In this document: positions 27,454 to 37,519 of the stretch, piece by piece | How positions within the stretch are numbered: position 1 is the first letter of the stretch | Layout: the number at the start of each line of letters is the position of its first letter | The notes under the pieces: model-generated | Told to the model about the DNA's origin: nothing | What the model saw: the letters and a program-made list of their open reading frames with translations, nothing else | The model's database searches: none | From: Tepidisphaera sp. | Lineage (GTDB): Bacteria > Planctomycetota > Phycisphaerae > Phycisphaerales > UBA1924 | Reading direction: 5' to 3' | DNA: 64,000 nucleotides | Assembly: GCA_050916045.1 (NCBI GenBank) | Contig: CP051526.1 | Span: forward strand, 3,168,001 to 3,232,000 | Position numbers and translations under genes: made by a program

Positions 27454-28394
27454 TCGAGATCCGCAACCTTACGAAACGCTACGGGGCGCTCACCGCGATC
27501 GACAATCTCTCCCTTTCGCTTGGGAAGGGGGAGATCTTCGGATTCATCGGGCCCAACGGCGCGGGGAAGACGACGACGATGAAGGTCTTGGCGTGCCTGC
27601 TCAAGCAGGACTCGGGCGAAGCGTTCATCGACGGGTGCGACACACGCAAGGACGGTGACCGCATCCGCCGCATCATCGGGTACATGCCCGACTTCATCGG
27701 CGTGTACGACGACCTGACGGTGGACGAGTACCTCCAGTTTTTCGCCGCGGCGTTCCAGATTCCCCGGGCCCGCCGCCGGAGCATCGTGGACAACGTGCTG
27801 GACCTGACGGATCTGACGAGCAAGCGGCACGCGATGGTCGAATCCCTGTCGCGCGGGATGACGCAGCGTCTGGGCGTCGCGCGGGTGCTGATCCACGATC
27901 CGAAGGTTCTGCTGCTCGACGAGCCTGCTTCGGGCCTTGACCCCCGGGCCCGGATCGAGATGAGGTCGCTCCTCACGGAGCTTGGCAAGATGGGCAAGAC
28001 GCTCATCATCTCCTCGCACATCCTGTCGGAGCTTGGCGAGATGTCGACCTCGATCGGCATTATCGAGCGCGGCAAGCTGCTCTACTCGGGCACGATGAAG
28101 GACGCGCTCAACAAAGCGCGGTCCGGCGAACGCATCGAGGTCGCTCTTCAGCCGGACTCCGCCGCTCCCGAACTTGTGAAAGCCGCGATCGAGCGGGACC
28201 ACCGGGTCGCGCGGGTGGCTCAGCAGCCCGAATCACCGCAATCGCTTTTCGTGGACCTCGTTCCCGGCGAGCATGGGCACCATTTCCTGATCGAAAGCGT
28301 CATCGCGGCCGGCGGCAAGCTTGCCGCGTTCCGCCCCGTTGAGATCAAGCTCGAAGACGCGTTCCTCAAGCTCACGACCGGAGCGCTGCAATGA
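27450..28394 (+). CDS. ABC transporter ATP-binding protein
   Basis: GPNGAGKTT, LSRGM, LLDEPASGLDP, SSHIL. Confidence 0.95.
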   Translation: MIEIRNLTKRYGALTAIDNLSLSLGKGEIFGFIGPNGAGKTTTMKVLACLLKQDSGEAFIDGCDTRKDGDRIRRIIGYMPDFIGVYDDLTVDEYLQFFAAAFQIPRARRRSIVDNVLDLTDLTSKRHAMVESLSRGMTQRLGVARVLIHDPKVLLLDEPASGLDPRARIEMRSLLTELGKMGKTLIISSHILSELGEMSTSIGIIERGKLLYSGTMKDALNKARSGERIEVALQPDSAAPELVKAAIERDHRVARVAQQPESPQSLFVDLVPGEHGHHFLIESVIAAGGKLAAFRPVEIKLEDAFLKLTTGALQ

Positions 28395-30448
28395 GCGAAG
28401 CACCCCCGCCCGAGTCCGCACCGCCGCCCCCGCAGGCCGCGAGCGTCGCCGTCAGCACCGGCGCGAGCGCCGCTCCGCTGCGTCGCGGGGGTATGCTCGA
28501 GAATCTCAAGTCGGCTTTCCGCATTGATTTTCCCGGGCCGGTCTTCCAGAAGGAAGTGCTTTCGAGCCAGCGGAAGTTCACCGCGTTTGCGAGCCGGATG
28601 GTGTACGTGCTTGTGCTGGGCGGCATCCTCTGGATCGTCTACTACGCCATCAAGCAGCGAGCGGACTTCAGCTCAAGCCCTGTCCGAACGCTCCAGTCGC
28701 TCCAGTCCGTCGCGCCCTCGCTCACCGCGGCGGTGCTTTGGGTGCAGGCGTGCTTGCTGACGCTGCTTGCGCCGGGCATGACCTGCAGCGCGTTCTCTGA
28801 AGAGCGCCGCAAGCGGACGCTTGATGTTCTGCTGACGTCGCCCATTCGTCCGTGGCAGATCGTGATGGGCAAGCTTCTCTCGGGCGTCGCGGCCTTGGGC
28901 GTCATCGCTCTGTGCGCCCTGCCGGTGCTTCTGGCGGTGCGCGTGTTCGGAGGCGTGCAGGCGGAGTACATCTTCGGCGCCTTCGCGCTTTCGCTTTCGC
29001 TGGGCACGCTGATGGCGGCGCTCTCAATGCTCTGCTCGCTGTGGTGCAAGAAAGCCTCCACGGCGATGTTTCTCGCGTTCATCTTTTTCTGCCTTGTCCA
29101 CGGGCTTCCAATCCTGATCGCGGCGACCGTCGGCCTCCTGGGTGCCGCCGGAGCGGGCCCTCCCACGGGCGTGGTTGAGCAGATGCTCCTGGTCTCGGCT
29201 CCCGTCTCGCTTTTCTCGCTCTCCTCGGGCATCGTGGACCTGGGGGTCCCGTTGAGCGCGACGAAGGGGTGGATCGGGGGCACGATCTACAACCTGGCTG
29301 TCACCGCCGCGATCTTCGCGTTCTGCACGATGGTCCTGCGCCGGGTGATGCTCGCGCTCGCCGCGGGTGACTCGCCCAACACCGTCGCGGTCGGGCGCGT
29401 CGCGATCGCCCGCGGACAGCCCGCCATCGCCGCCGCTTCCAACCGCACGGACCCCACCACCGCCGCGACCGGCATCGCCGGGCTTTCGACGGGCTCAAGC
29501 CCCGGGGAAGAGCGGGAGGAACCGCTCTTGAAGCGGAAAGCCGGGCGGGGTCCTCTCCACCGGAAGACGAGCCGCGAGGTGGGCGACCAGCCGGTTCTCT
29601 GGCGCGAACTGACGCAGCCGCTTTTCAAGCGTCCGGTCATCGGCATTCTCAGCATCATCGCGCTTGCGGGATTTTCGCTCTGGATCTTCGCCATCAGCCG
29701 CTGGGGCGGGGGCCGCGATCACGAGATGCATCTGTTCATCACGAACATGATCTTCTCGGTCGTGATGCTGCTTCAGGCTTCGACGCTGACGGTGGCGGGG
29801 TTCCCCGCGGAGCGCGAAGCCAAGACCTGGGACGTTCTGCTGTGCGCGCCGCTGACGGCGCAGGCTCTGGTCTTTGGCAAGTTCGCCGGTGCTCTGCGGT
29901 CGCTCTGGCTGATGCCGTCGGTGGTGCTTGTCAATCTGTCCCTGCTCGGCGTTGTGGCGGGGACGGTGGCGCCGATCGTGGTGCTTCACGCAGCGCTCAT
30001 CTTCGGCGGCCCGCTGATCTTCCTGGCCGCGCTGGGAACGCGACTCTCGCTGGCGGCGCGAAGCTCCGGAGCCGCGAGCATGCGGGCGACGGGGATCGCC
30101 CTTGCGCTGTGGGCCGGTCTTCCCATCATCGGCGGCGTCATGTGGCTGCTGCTTGATGTGTACAACCTCGAGCGGTCGGGGCTGAAGTTCCTCGCCGATC
30201 GGTACATGGACGCGGCGTTCTTCATCAATCCGATCTACAACTTCGGGTGCGCCCTCGAGGGGGGGGCGACGGAGACGGGGTTCAACCGGGAGTACCAGAT
30301 TTTCAGTCCGGAGACCCGGCTTGAGGTGAGCGCCGGCACGTTCACGTTCGCGATGCTCGGGATGCTCGGGATTTACCTTGGCGCCGCGTTGCTCCTGCTT
30401 CGCTGGTCGGCCGCCGTCTTCGCGAAGAAGTCCGGCCGCACGTCCTGA
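28391..30448 (+). CDS. ABC-2 type transporter permease (two-repeat)
   Basis: EERRKRTLDVLLTSP..GKL and EREAKTWDVLLCAPL..GKF repeats, many TM helices. Confidence 0.88.
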   Translation: MSEAPPPESAPPPPQAASVAVSTGASAAPLRRGGMLENLKSAFRIDFPGPVFQKEVLSSQRKFTAFASRMVYVLVLGGILWIVYYAIKQRADFSSSPVRTLQSLQSVAPSLTAAVLWVQACLLTLLAPGMTCSAFSEERRKRTLDVLLTSPIRPWQIVMGKLLSGVAALGVIALCALPVLLAVRVFGGVQAEYIFGAFALSLSLGTLMAALSMLCSLWCKKASTAMFLAFIFFCLVHGLPILIAATVGLLGAAGAGPPTGVVEQMLLVSAPVSLFSLSSGIVDLGVPLSATKGWIGGTIYNLAVTAAIFAFCTMVLRRVMLALAAGDSPNTVAVGRVAIARGQPAIAAASNRTDPTTAATGIAGLSTGSSPGEEREEPLLKRKAGRGPLHRKTSREVGDQPVLWRELTQPLFKRPVIGILSIIALAGFSLWIFAISRWGGGRDHEMHLFITNMIFSVVMLLQASTLTVAGFPAEREAKTWDVLLCAPLTAQALVFGKFAGALRSLWLMPSVVLVNLSLLGVVAGTVAPIVVLHAALIFGGPLIFLAALGTRLSLAARSSGAASMRATGIALALWAGLPIIGGVMWLLLDVYNLERSGLKFLADRYMDAAFFINPIYNFGCALEGGATETGFNREYQIFSPETRLEVSAGTFTFAMLGMLGIYLGAALLLLRWSAAVFAKKSGRTS

Positions 30449-30495
30449 GAGGCGTTCAAGAGAAGCCGAAGAGTTGCGGTTTTTTTGCTTGCGGC

Positions 30496-30523
30496 TTGAC
30501 ATATTCCCATATGGGCATATGCT
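30496..30523 (+). promoter_or_regulatory. Promoter with overlapping ArsR-type operator palindrome
   Basis: TTGACA-16 nt-TATGCT enclosing the near-perfect palindrome CATATTCCCATATGGGCATATG. Confidence 0.75.
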
Positions 30524-30529
30524 GTGGTC

Positions 30530-30880
30530 ATGGCACGTTCCGCCACCACCCTCGACGCTTTCAGCGCCATCGCCGAGCCCAAGCGGCGCGAGCTTCTGAA
30601 CTGCCTGGCTTCGGGCGAGCGCGACGTCTCGCAGCTGATCGCCCAGCTCGGCTGGCCGCAGTCCGCGGTGTCCAAGCATCTGAGCGTGCTCCGCGCGGTC
30701 AATCTGGTCAGCGTCCGCGCCGAGGGCCGCAAACGCTCGTACCGCATCAACGGCGACGAACTGAGAACCATCCACGATTGGGCCGCCATGTTCGAGAAAC
30801 ACTGGTCGAATCAGCTCATCCGCATCAAGCGGCGCGCCGAGCAGGCATCGAGCCCTCGGCAAGCCGCGCCTCGCACGTGA
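30530..30880 (+). CDS. ArsR/SmtB family transcriptional regulator
   Basis: DAFSAIAEPKRRELL, PQSAVSKHLSVLR, EGRKRSYRIN. Confidence 0.93.
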   Translation: MARSATTLDAFSAIAEPKRRELLNCLASGERDVSQLIAQLGWPQSAVSKHLSVLRAVNLVSVRAEGRKRSYRINGDELRTIHDWAAMFEKHWSNQLIRIKRRAEQASSPRQAAPRT

Positions 30881-30920
30881 CCTTTCTCCCGCCCGCTCAC
30901 CATCCGTTCAAGGAGCCCCC

Positions 30921-31391
30921 ATGACCACGGCTATCGACAGGGACAGCATCCACACGCTCGACATTCGCCAGGAGATCATGATTGACGCGGCGCCCGATGT
31001 GGCGTTCCAAGCTCTTCTCGAAGAGCTTGGGCCCGGGAGCGTGATGCCCGACGGCAAGCCGTTCCCGATGACGATCGAGCCGTGGGTCGGCGGCCGCTGG
31101 TTCCGCGACCTGGGCGAAGCGGGCGGATACAAGTACGGGCATCTGTGGGGCCACGTGCAGGTGATCAAGGCTCCGACGCTGCTCGAACTCGCGGGCCCGA
31201 TGCCGATGTCCTTCCCCGCGATGAACCATGTGCAGTACCGGCTGACGGCGGAGGGGAGGGGCACTCGGCTGTCGGTTGTTCATCGCGCGATGGGCTTGAT
31301 TCCGCAGGATTTCCGCGACGGCATGCCGGAGGGGTGGGCTCACGGGCTCAGGCGTGTCAAGCAGATCGCGGAGAGCAAAGCAAAGCGCTGA
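30921..31391 (+). CDS. SRPBCC (AHSA1-like) domain protein
   Basis: IRQEIMIDAAP, EPWVGGRWFRD, GHVQVIKAP, EGWAH. Typical ArsR-SRPBCC pair. Confidence 0.88.
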   Translation: MTTAIDRDSIHTLDIRQEIMIDAAPDVAFQALLEELGPGSVMPDGKPFPMTIEPWVGGRWFRDLGEAGGYKYGHLWGHVQVIKAPTLLELAGPMPMSFPAMNHVQYRLTAEGRGTRLSVVHRAMGLIPQDFRDGMPEGWAHGLRRVKQIAESKAKR

Positions 31392-31431
31392 TGCGAGCTT
31401 TGCGCAGCGGGTGAGCGGAGCGAGACTGCTT

Positions 31432-32421
31432 TCAGCGAGGGTGTGAAGTCGCGGCTGCCGCGAGTTTCACGACATCCTCGGCGCACCCCCAGCAGAGCGT
31501 GTAGCCGGAGCCGCCGTGGCCGTAGTTGTGGATGATGCGGGGGTCATGGGGATCATGCTCGAGCCTGACGGAGGGGCGGTAGGGCCGGAGGCCGACGGCT
31601 TCGCGGATGATGGGGCCAGGGGCGAAACCACGGGCGCGGGCGCGGGCGAGGATGGAGTCGCGCGTGGCTTGGCTTGGCACGAGGGGGCGGTCGTCGGGGC
31701 TTGCTTCGACGACGCCGCCGATGACGACCTCGGTTCGCCTTGGGATGACGTAGAACGAGCCGCCGTTGTGCTCGGAGTCGTGCGAGACGGAGACGGAGAG
31801 GTCGATCTGGGCGGGTTCGCAGACGACGACGTGGCCGTAGAGGGCCCGCAGGGTTTCGTCACGGGCGAGCATCCGCGCGCCGAGCCCGGAGCAGTTGACC
31901 ACGACATCGCCGGGGACCTCGGCGAGGGTGGTGAACCGTTTGGTGATGATCGGTCGCGTGAGCTGACGCTCAAGCCAGGGCATGAAGACGGGGGATTCGG
32001 CTCGCGGGGCTTGGACGCGCCAGGCCATGACGGCTGGGGAGCCCCCCCACCAAGAGAGCGGCAGGCCGGCGTGCTCGGGATTGTGCACGGGCTCGAGGTC
32101 TGGGGTGTCGGCCGACCACCAGGGGCGTTCACGGTCATCGCGGAGCTCATAGAGCGTAATGACGTCGACGCCGGCTTGGGGTGTCTCTTGGGCGAGGATG
32201 TTGTAATGCTGGCGCGTCCGGGCGGCCCAGCGGCTCACAAGCTCGGGGGGGTCGCTTCGGAACGGGTGCCACAAAGCCCCGGCGACGCCCGAGACGGAGG
32301 CGAGGCCCGGCTTGTCGGTAAAGACCTGAACGTGGTAGCCGGCCCGCTGGAGGAGGATGGCCGACGTCAGCCCAATGGCTCCGCCGCCGACGACCGACAC
32401 ACTTAAACCGTTTCCATTCAA
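31432..32421 (-). CDS. FAD-dependent oxidoreductase, D-amino-acid oxidase family
   Basis: VVGGGAIGLTSA, VVNCSGLGAR, GLRPYRP, IHNYGHGGSGYTL. Start set at TTG 32421 after AGGAAGG. Confidence 0.9.
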   Translation of the reverse strand: MNGNGLSVSVVGGGAIGLTSAILLQRAGYHVQVFTDKPGLASVSGVAGALWHPFRSDPPELVSRWAARTRQHYNILAQETPQAGVDVITLYELRDDRERPWWSADTPDLEPVHNPEHAGLPLSWWGGSPAVMAWRVQAPRAESPVFMPWLERQLTRPIITKRFTTLAEVPGDVVVNCSGLGARMLARDETLRALYGHVVVCEPAQIDLSVSVSHDSEHNGGSFYVIPRRTEVVIGGVVEASPDDRPLVPSQATRDSILARARARGFAPGPIIREAVGLRPYRPSVRLEHDPHDPRIIHNYGHGGSGYTLCWGCAEDVVKLAAAATSHPR

Positions 32422-32497
32422 CGCTTCATGCCTTCCTGGTGGCCCGGTTCTGCGAACCGGGTGTTTTCGACCCGTTTCCCGCCCGTACACTCTAGCG

Positions 32498-33808
32498 ATG
32501 CCCCCGCCGCCTCCACCGCCGCCGCCCCCTCCCGCTCCGCATGAACTGAGCTGGCGCGAGCGGCTCGACATCGTCGATTCGCTGATGCGGGACGTGAGCC
32601 GGCAGGAGGATGCGCACAAGCTGGTGCAGTTGTATAGCAAGGGTGTGCGCAAGCTTTCCACGATCGACACGCTCATCGCTGTCTCACGGCGCGACCTTGA
32701 GCGGCCGTGGTACCGGATCACGCGGTTTTCCGGGTGGCCCGAGGACCACAACCCTTGGACGAGCCGCGACAAGCTGCCCCGGTTTGACCACGGGTTTTTC
32801 GGGGATCTGCTTTATGCGGACAAGCCGGCGGTGCTGGAGAGCTTCTCGATCCCGCCGTCGGATCCGGCGGCGCCGTACCTCGAGGGCATGAAGTGTCTTT
32901 TCGCGATGCCGCAGTACGAGAACGGCACGGCACTCAACATGTCGATCCTCGCGTGGCGCGACCCCGGGGCTTTCAGGCACAACGAACTCGCCAACACCCT
33001 CTGGCAGTCCAACTTGTTTGGCCGCACGACGGCCAATCTGGTTCTTCGGGCGGAATTGACGAAAGCCTATCGGGCGCTGGACCGCGAACTGGCCATCGTG
33101 GGGCAGATTCAGCATTCGCTGTTGCCGCAGGAACTGCCGAAGATCCCGGGGCTTGAGCTGGCGGCGCTGTACGAGCCCAGTGCGCATGCGGGCGGGGATT
33201 CGTACGACGTGTTCACGCTGCCCGACGGCCGGTACGGGCTTCTGATCGCCGATGCGTCTGGGCACGGGACGCCCGCGGCGGTGATCATGGCGGTGATGCA
33301 TGCTCTGGCCCGGGCGTATTCGGGCCCGCCGGATCATCCGTGCCAGTTTCTGGACCATCTGAACGAGCGGCTTTTGGCGTCGTACACGTCGATCAACGGG
33401 TCGTTTGTGACGGCGTTCTACGGGGTGTACGACCCGCGTGAGCGGACGCTGAAGTACGCGTGCGCGGGTCATCCACCGCCCCGTCTGGTGACGAAGCGGG
33501 GGATGGTGGTGCTCGACGCGGTGGGCGGGCTGCCGCTTGGCATCATGCCGACGCAGGAGTGTTCGGAAGCGACGGTGACGCTCGAACCCGGTGACCTCTT
33601 GGCGATGTACACGGACGGGATCACGGAAGCTCAGAACCCGGACAACGACCTGTTCGACGTGCCGCGTCTGGACGCGATCCTGCGGGAGCACAGCGGGTCG
33701 CTTCACACGCTGGCGGAGACGATCTCGGCCCGGGTGTGCTCGTTTACGGGGATGGGTGAGCTCCCCCCCTCCGACGACCGCACGCTGCTGCTTGCCCGAG
33801 CGACCTGA
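32498..33808 (+). CDS. PP2C/SpoIIE (RsbU-like) Ser/Thr phosphatase
   Basis: IQHSLLP, GGDSYD, IADASGHG, CAGHPPP, YTDGITEA, DDRTLL. Confidence 0.92.
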   Translation: MPPPPPPPPPPPAPHELSWRERLDIVDSLMRDVSRQEDAHKLVQLYSKGVRKLSTIDTLIAVSRRDLERPWYRITRFSGWPEDHNPWTSRDKLPRFDHGFFGDLLYADKPAVLESFSIPPSDPAAPYLEGMKCLFAMPQYENGTALNMSILAWRDPGAFRHNELANTLWQSNLFGRTTANLVLRAELTKAYRALDRELAIVGQIQHSLLPQELPKIPGLELAALYEPSAHAGGDSYDVFTLPDGRYGLLIADASGHGTPAAVIMAVMHALARAYSGPPDHPCQFLDHLNERLLASYTSINGSFVTAFYGVYDPRERTLKYACAGHPPPRLVTKRGMVVLDAVGGLPLGIMPTQECSEATVTLEPGDLLAMYTDGITEAQNPDNDLFDVPRLDAILREHSGSLHTLAETISARVCSFTGMGELPPSDDRTLLLARAT

Positions 33809-33973
33809 GCCGGAGAGGCTTGCCCGGGCCAGGACCGGGTGGGTTCCCACAGCATCGCCGGAACGACGAAAAGACCTCTGCCACGGCCGGGAGAGTTTGG
33901 TATGCTGCCAACTCGTCCGAGTTTGTCCGTTTGGGCCATGTACGAGCCCGTTCCAAGCCATCACGAGGTCATC

Positions 33974-35296
33974 ATGAACACCCCCATCACGTCCGTCGAC
34001 CGCCGCGATTTCGTCAAGACCGCCGCGGTGCTCGCCGCTTCCGCCGCCGTCCCCGCTCTCGCGGTCTCGCGCACTGCGAACGTGCGCGGCAGCGACACGA
34101 TCAAGGTCGGCCTGATCGGCACCGGCGGGCGCGGCACGGGCGCGGCGAGCCAAGCACTTGCCGCTGACAAGGGCACCGTCCTGTGGGCGATGGGCGATGT
34201 GTTCAAGGACCGCTTGGAGAGCGCGAAAGCCGGATTGACCGAGGCTTTGGGTGACTCGGCCAAGACGAAGATCGACGTGTCTGCGGAGCGCCAGTTCACC
34301 GGGTTTGACAACTACAAGGGCGTCATCGACTCGGGCGTCGACATGGTGATTCTGACGAGCTATCCCAACTTCCGTCCCGCGCACATCCGGTACGCGCTCG
34401 ACAAGGGCAAGCACGTCTTCGCGGAAAAGCCGGTCGCGGTCGACGCGGCCGGGATCCGCGAGGTGCTCGCGTGCGGTGAAGATGCGAAGAAGAAGAACCT
34501 CGCCCTGATGATCGGGTTCTGCTGGCGTTACCACCCGGCGATGCGTGAAATCTTCGGCGAGATCCTGGGCGGCCGCATCGGCGAGGTGACCAGCGTCTAC
34601 ACCAACTACCTGACGGGCACCCTCCCGAAGAACCCGCGGAAGTCCGGCTGGTCCGACCTTGAGTTCCAGATGCGCAACTGGTGGCACTTCAACTGGATCT
34701 CCGGCGACCACATCGTCGAGCAGGCGATCCACTCCGTGGACCGCATGTCCTGGGCGATGGGCGACCGGTTGCCCCTCTCCGTCAACTGTCTCGGCGGGCG
34801 CCAGGCTCGCGAGGGCGAGGAAAGCGGCGATGTGTACGACCACTTCAGCGCGATCTATGAGTACGAGGGCGGCCTGAAGACCTACCACTCCGCTCGCCAG
34901 ATCAACAACTGCTACGGGGACAACTCCGACTACGTCTTTGGCACCAAGGGCCGCGCGAACGTCAACGGCTGGCAGCCGCAAAGCCTCAAGACCTACGACT
35001 ATGCGGGCAAGGAGACCTGGGGCTACAAGGGCAAGGGCGGCGACGACATGTATCAGGTCGAGCACAACGAGCTTTTCGCCAGCATCCGCGCCGGCAAGCC
35101 CATCAACGACTGCCCCCGGGCCGTCAACTCGTGCCTCCTGGGCATCATGGCCCGCATGTCCGCGTATTCCGGCAAGACCGTCACGTGGAAGCAGGCGATG
35201 GAGAGCGCCGAGAACCTCCAGCCCGGCGCGCTCTCGTGGGACATGAAGCTCCCTCCCGTCGTCGTCCCCATTCCCGGCAAGCACAAGCTCATCTGA
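33974..35296 (+). CDS. Tat-exported Gfo/Idh/MocA family oxidoreductase
   Basis: DRRDFVK Tat motif, GLIGTGGRGTGA, EKPVAVD, GDHIVEQAIH. Confidence 0.92.
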   Translation: MNTPITSVDRRDFVKTAAVLAASAAVPALAVSRTANVRGSDTIKVGLIGTGGRGTGAASQALAADKGTVLWAMGDVFKDRLESAKAGLTEALGDSAKTKIDVSAERQFTGFDNYKGVIDSGVDMVILTSYPNFRPAHIRYALDKGKHVFAEKPVAVDAAGIREVLACGEDAKKKNLALMIGFCWRYHPAMREIFGEILGGRIGEVTSVYTNYLTGTLPKNPRKSGWSDLEFQMRNWWHFNWISGDHIVEQAIHSVDRMSWAMGDRLPLSVNCLGGRQAREGEESGDVYDHFSAIYEYEGGLKTYHSARQINNCYGDNSDYVFGTKGRANVNGWQPQSLKTYDYAGKETWGYKGKGGDDMYQVEHNELFASIRAGKPINDCPRAVNSCLLGIMARMSAYSGKTVTWKQAMESAENLQPGALSWDMKLPPVVVPIPGKHKLI

Positions 35297-35314
35297 TCAT
35301 CACCGAGGCCCACG

Positions 35315-36268
35315 ATGTCCATCTCACGTCGAGAGTTCAGCACGCTCGCCGCGGGCGCGATCGCGTCCACGGCTCTTGCTTCGCGGACGTCCGCGCAGCC
35401 CTCCTCCACCACCGCTCCTTCGCCCACTTCCCCGCCGGCCGCCGCTTCGCCAAAGCGAACCCTTCGCAAAGCCGTCATGCTCGGGATGATCGGCGTGGGC
35501 TCGACTTGGGAGGACAAGCTCAAAGCCGCGAAGGACGCCGGGTTTGACGGGATCGAAGCCGACAGCCCCGCTCCGCAGATCGACGAGCTCATCGCGGCTT
35601 CGGCCAAGATCGGCCTCCCGATCCACGGCATGGTCAACTCCGCCCACTGGTCCCTTCCGCTGAACGCCCCCGGCGATGAAGCCGGCAAGAAAGCAGGCGA
35701 AGCTCTCGAAACCTGCCTCCGCGACGCGAAGAAAGCGGGCGCATCGAGCATCCTGCTCGTTCCCGGCGTCGTCAGCGACCGGTTGCCCTACGACGAGTGC
35801 TGGACGCTCTCGATCGAACGGATCAAGCGTGCCGTCCCGCTCGCGAAGGACCTGGGCGTCACCATCGCGATCGAGAACGTCTGGAATCAGTTCCTGCTCA
35901 GCCCGCTCGAAGCCGCCCGCTACCTCGACGAGATCAACGACCCGATCGTTCAGTGGCACTTTGATATCGGCAACGTCATCAACTTCGGCTGGCCCGAGCA
36001 GTGGATCAAGATCCTGGGACCACGCATCGCCAAGCTCCACATCAAGGACTTCAGCCGCAAGAAGCGGAACGATGAAGGCTTGTGGAAGGGCTTCTCCGTC
36101 GAGCTTGGCGAGGGCGATGCCGGCTGGGAACGGGTGATGAAAGCTCTTGACGACTCCGGATATTCGACGGATCCCAAGGGCCGCTGGGCCACCGCGGAAG
36201 TCGCAGGGGGTGACTTCAAGCGTCTGACCACCATCAGTGAGCAGATGGACCGCCTCTTCGCGAAGTGA
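35315..36268 (+). CDS. Tat-exported sugar phosphate isomerase/epimerase (TIM barrel)
   Basis: SRREF Tat motif, AGFDGIE, IENVWN, FDIGN, LHIKDF. Confidence 0.9.
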   Translation: MSISRREFSTLAAGAIASTALASRTSAQPSSTTAPSPTSPPAAASPKRTLRKAVMLGMIGVGSTWEDKLKAAKDAGFDGIEADSPAPQIDELIAASAKIGLPIHGMVNSAHWSLPLNAPGDEAGKKAGEALETCLRDAKKAGASSILLVPGVVSDRLPYDECWTLSIERIKRAVPLAKDLGVTIAIENVWNQFLLSPLEAARYLDEINDPIVQWHFDIGNVINFGWPEQWIKILGPRIAKLHIKDFSRKKRNDEGLWKGFSVELGEGDAGWERVMKALDDSGYSTDPKGRWATAEVAGGDFKRLTTISEQMDRLFAK

Positions 36269-36283
36269 CTCGCGTCGGAGGGG

Positions 36284-36715
36284 CTACGCCGGGTCCTGCC
36301 ACACGCCGGGATCGCTTTTGCGTTCCATCCAGGCGCCGGGGACGACCGGCACGTAGCCGATCTTCGCGTAGACGCCGTGGGCATCGCGCGTCGCCAAACA
36401 CCACCGGCGGAGCTTTTGAAGCTCAGGGATCGCGTCGAGCGCCGCGAGCATGCGCTTCGAAAGCCCGTGGCCGCGGTGGTTCTCATCCACGATGACATCG
36501 CAAAGCCACGCGAACGTCGCCCGGTCCGTCACCACGCGTGCGAACCCCACCTGCTGGCCGCTCGCGGTGTCGAAAGCCCCCACTACGACGCTATTGGCCA
36601 TGGCTTTCGCGACGATCTCGCGCTTTATCCTCGGGGACCAGTAGGTTGAAGCGAGCATGGCGTGGACGTCGTCGAGGCGCATGTCGTCGTGGCTGGTGCT
36701 GATCGTGTACGGCAT
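36284..36715 (-). CDS. GNAT family N-acetyltransferase
   Basis: QVGFARVVTDRATFAWLCDV, HRGHGLSK, LATRDAHGVYAKIGY. Confidence 0.9.
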   Translation of the reverse strand: MPYTISTSHDDMRLDDVHAMLASTYWSPRIKREIVAKAMANSVVVGAFDTASGQQVGFARVVTDRATFAWLCDVIVDENHRGHGLSKRMLAALDAIPELQKLRRWCLATRDAHGVYAKIGYVPVVPGAWMERKSDPGVWQDPA

Positions 36716-36768
36716 CGGCGATTCTAGAGCCGGGTTTGCCGCGGCCCCCTTGCCAATAATCCCCCCAC

Positions 36769-37518
36769 ATGACTTCTTCTCACCGCGTGACGCTCGAAAT
36801 CGCCGTCGACAACCTCAATGACGCCATCGTTGCCGCGGAAGCCGGAGCGGATCGCCTCGAACTCGTCGCCGACCTCGACAAGCATGGCTTGACGCCGACG
36901 GTCGAGCTCGTCCGCGAAGTGAAAGCCGCGGTCTCCATCCCGGTGATGGCGATGGTCCGGGCCAATCCGGGCCCCTTCCTCGCGACGCCGAGGTCGGTCG
37001 CGTTCGCGATGCGGGATGCGGAGAACGTGCTCGAAGCCGGCGCCGACGGGATCGTCTTCGGGATGCTGACTCCAGAAGGGCACATCGACCGAGGCGCGGT
37101 TGCGATGCTTGTCGAGACCGCGCACGGGAAAGCCACGTGCTTCCATCGCGCTTTTGACCTCTGCACGGACCCCGAGGGGAGCCTCTTGGCGCTGATGGAC
37201 CGCGGCGTCACCCGCGTGCTCTCCGCCGGGTTTGACATCCGGGCGACGGCGGCGGCGTTGGGCTTTGACGAGGAGCCCGCTCCCGATGTCGTCTCGGGTG
37301 CTTCGCTCCCGATCAGGCTCCGCCGGTTGAAAGCGTTTGCCGAGCAGGCTCAGGGCCGGATCGAGATTCTGCCCTGCGGCGGCGTGCGATCGGGGAATGC
37401 GGGCGAGTTCCTGCGCGAGACGGGTCTGAAGCAGCTTCACAGCGCGTGCCGCACGCAGGGTGTCCAGCGTCTCAGCCGCGACGAGGCGGTCGAGCTTCGC
37501 GCCGCGATCGACGCCTGA
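36769..37518 (+). CDS. cutC: Copper homeostasis protein CutC family
   Basis: LEIAVD, GADRLEL, GLTP, GADGIVFG, FHRAFD, RVLSAG, GGVR. Confidence 0.88.
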   Translation: MTSSHRVTLEIAVDNLNDAIVAAEAGADRLELVADLDKHGLTPTVELVREVKAAVSIPVMAMVRANPGPFLATPRSVAFAMRDAENVLEAGADGIVFGMLTPEGHIDRGAVAMLVETAHGKATCFHRAFDLCTDPEGSLLALMDRGVTRVLSAGFDIRATAAALGFDEEPAPDVVSGASLPIRLRRLKAFAEQAQGRIEILPCGGVRSGNAGEFLRETGLKQLHSACRTQGVQRLSRDEAVELRAAIDA

Positions 37519-37519
37519 G

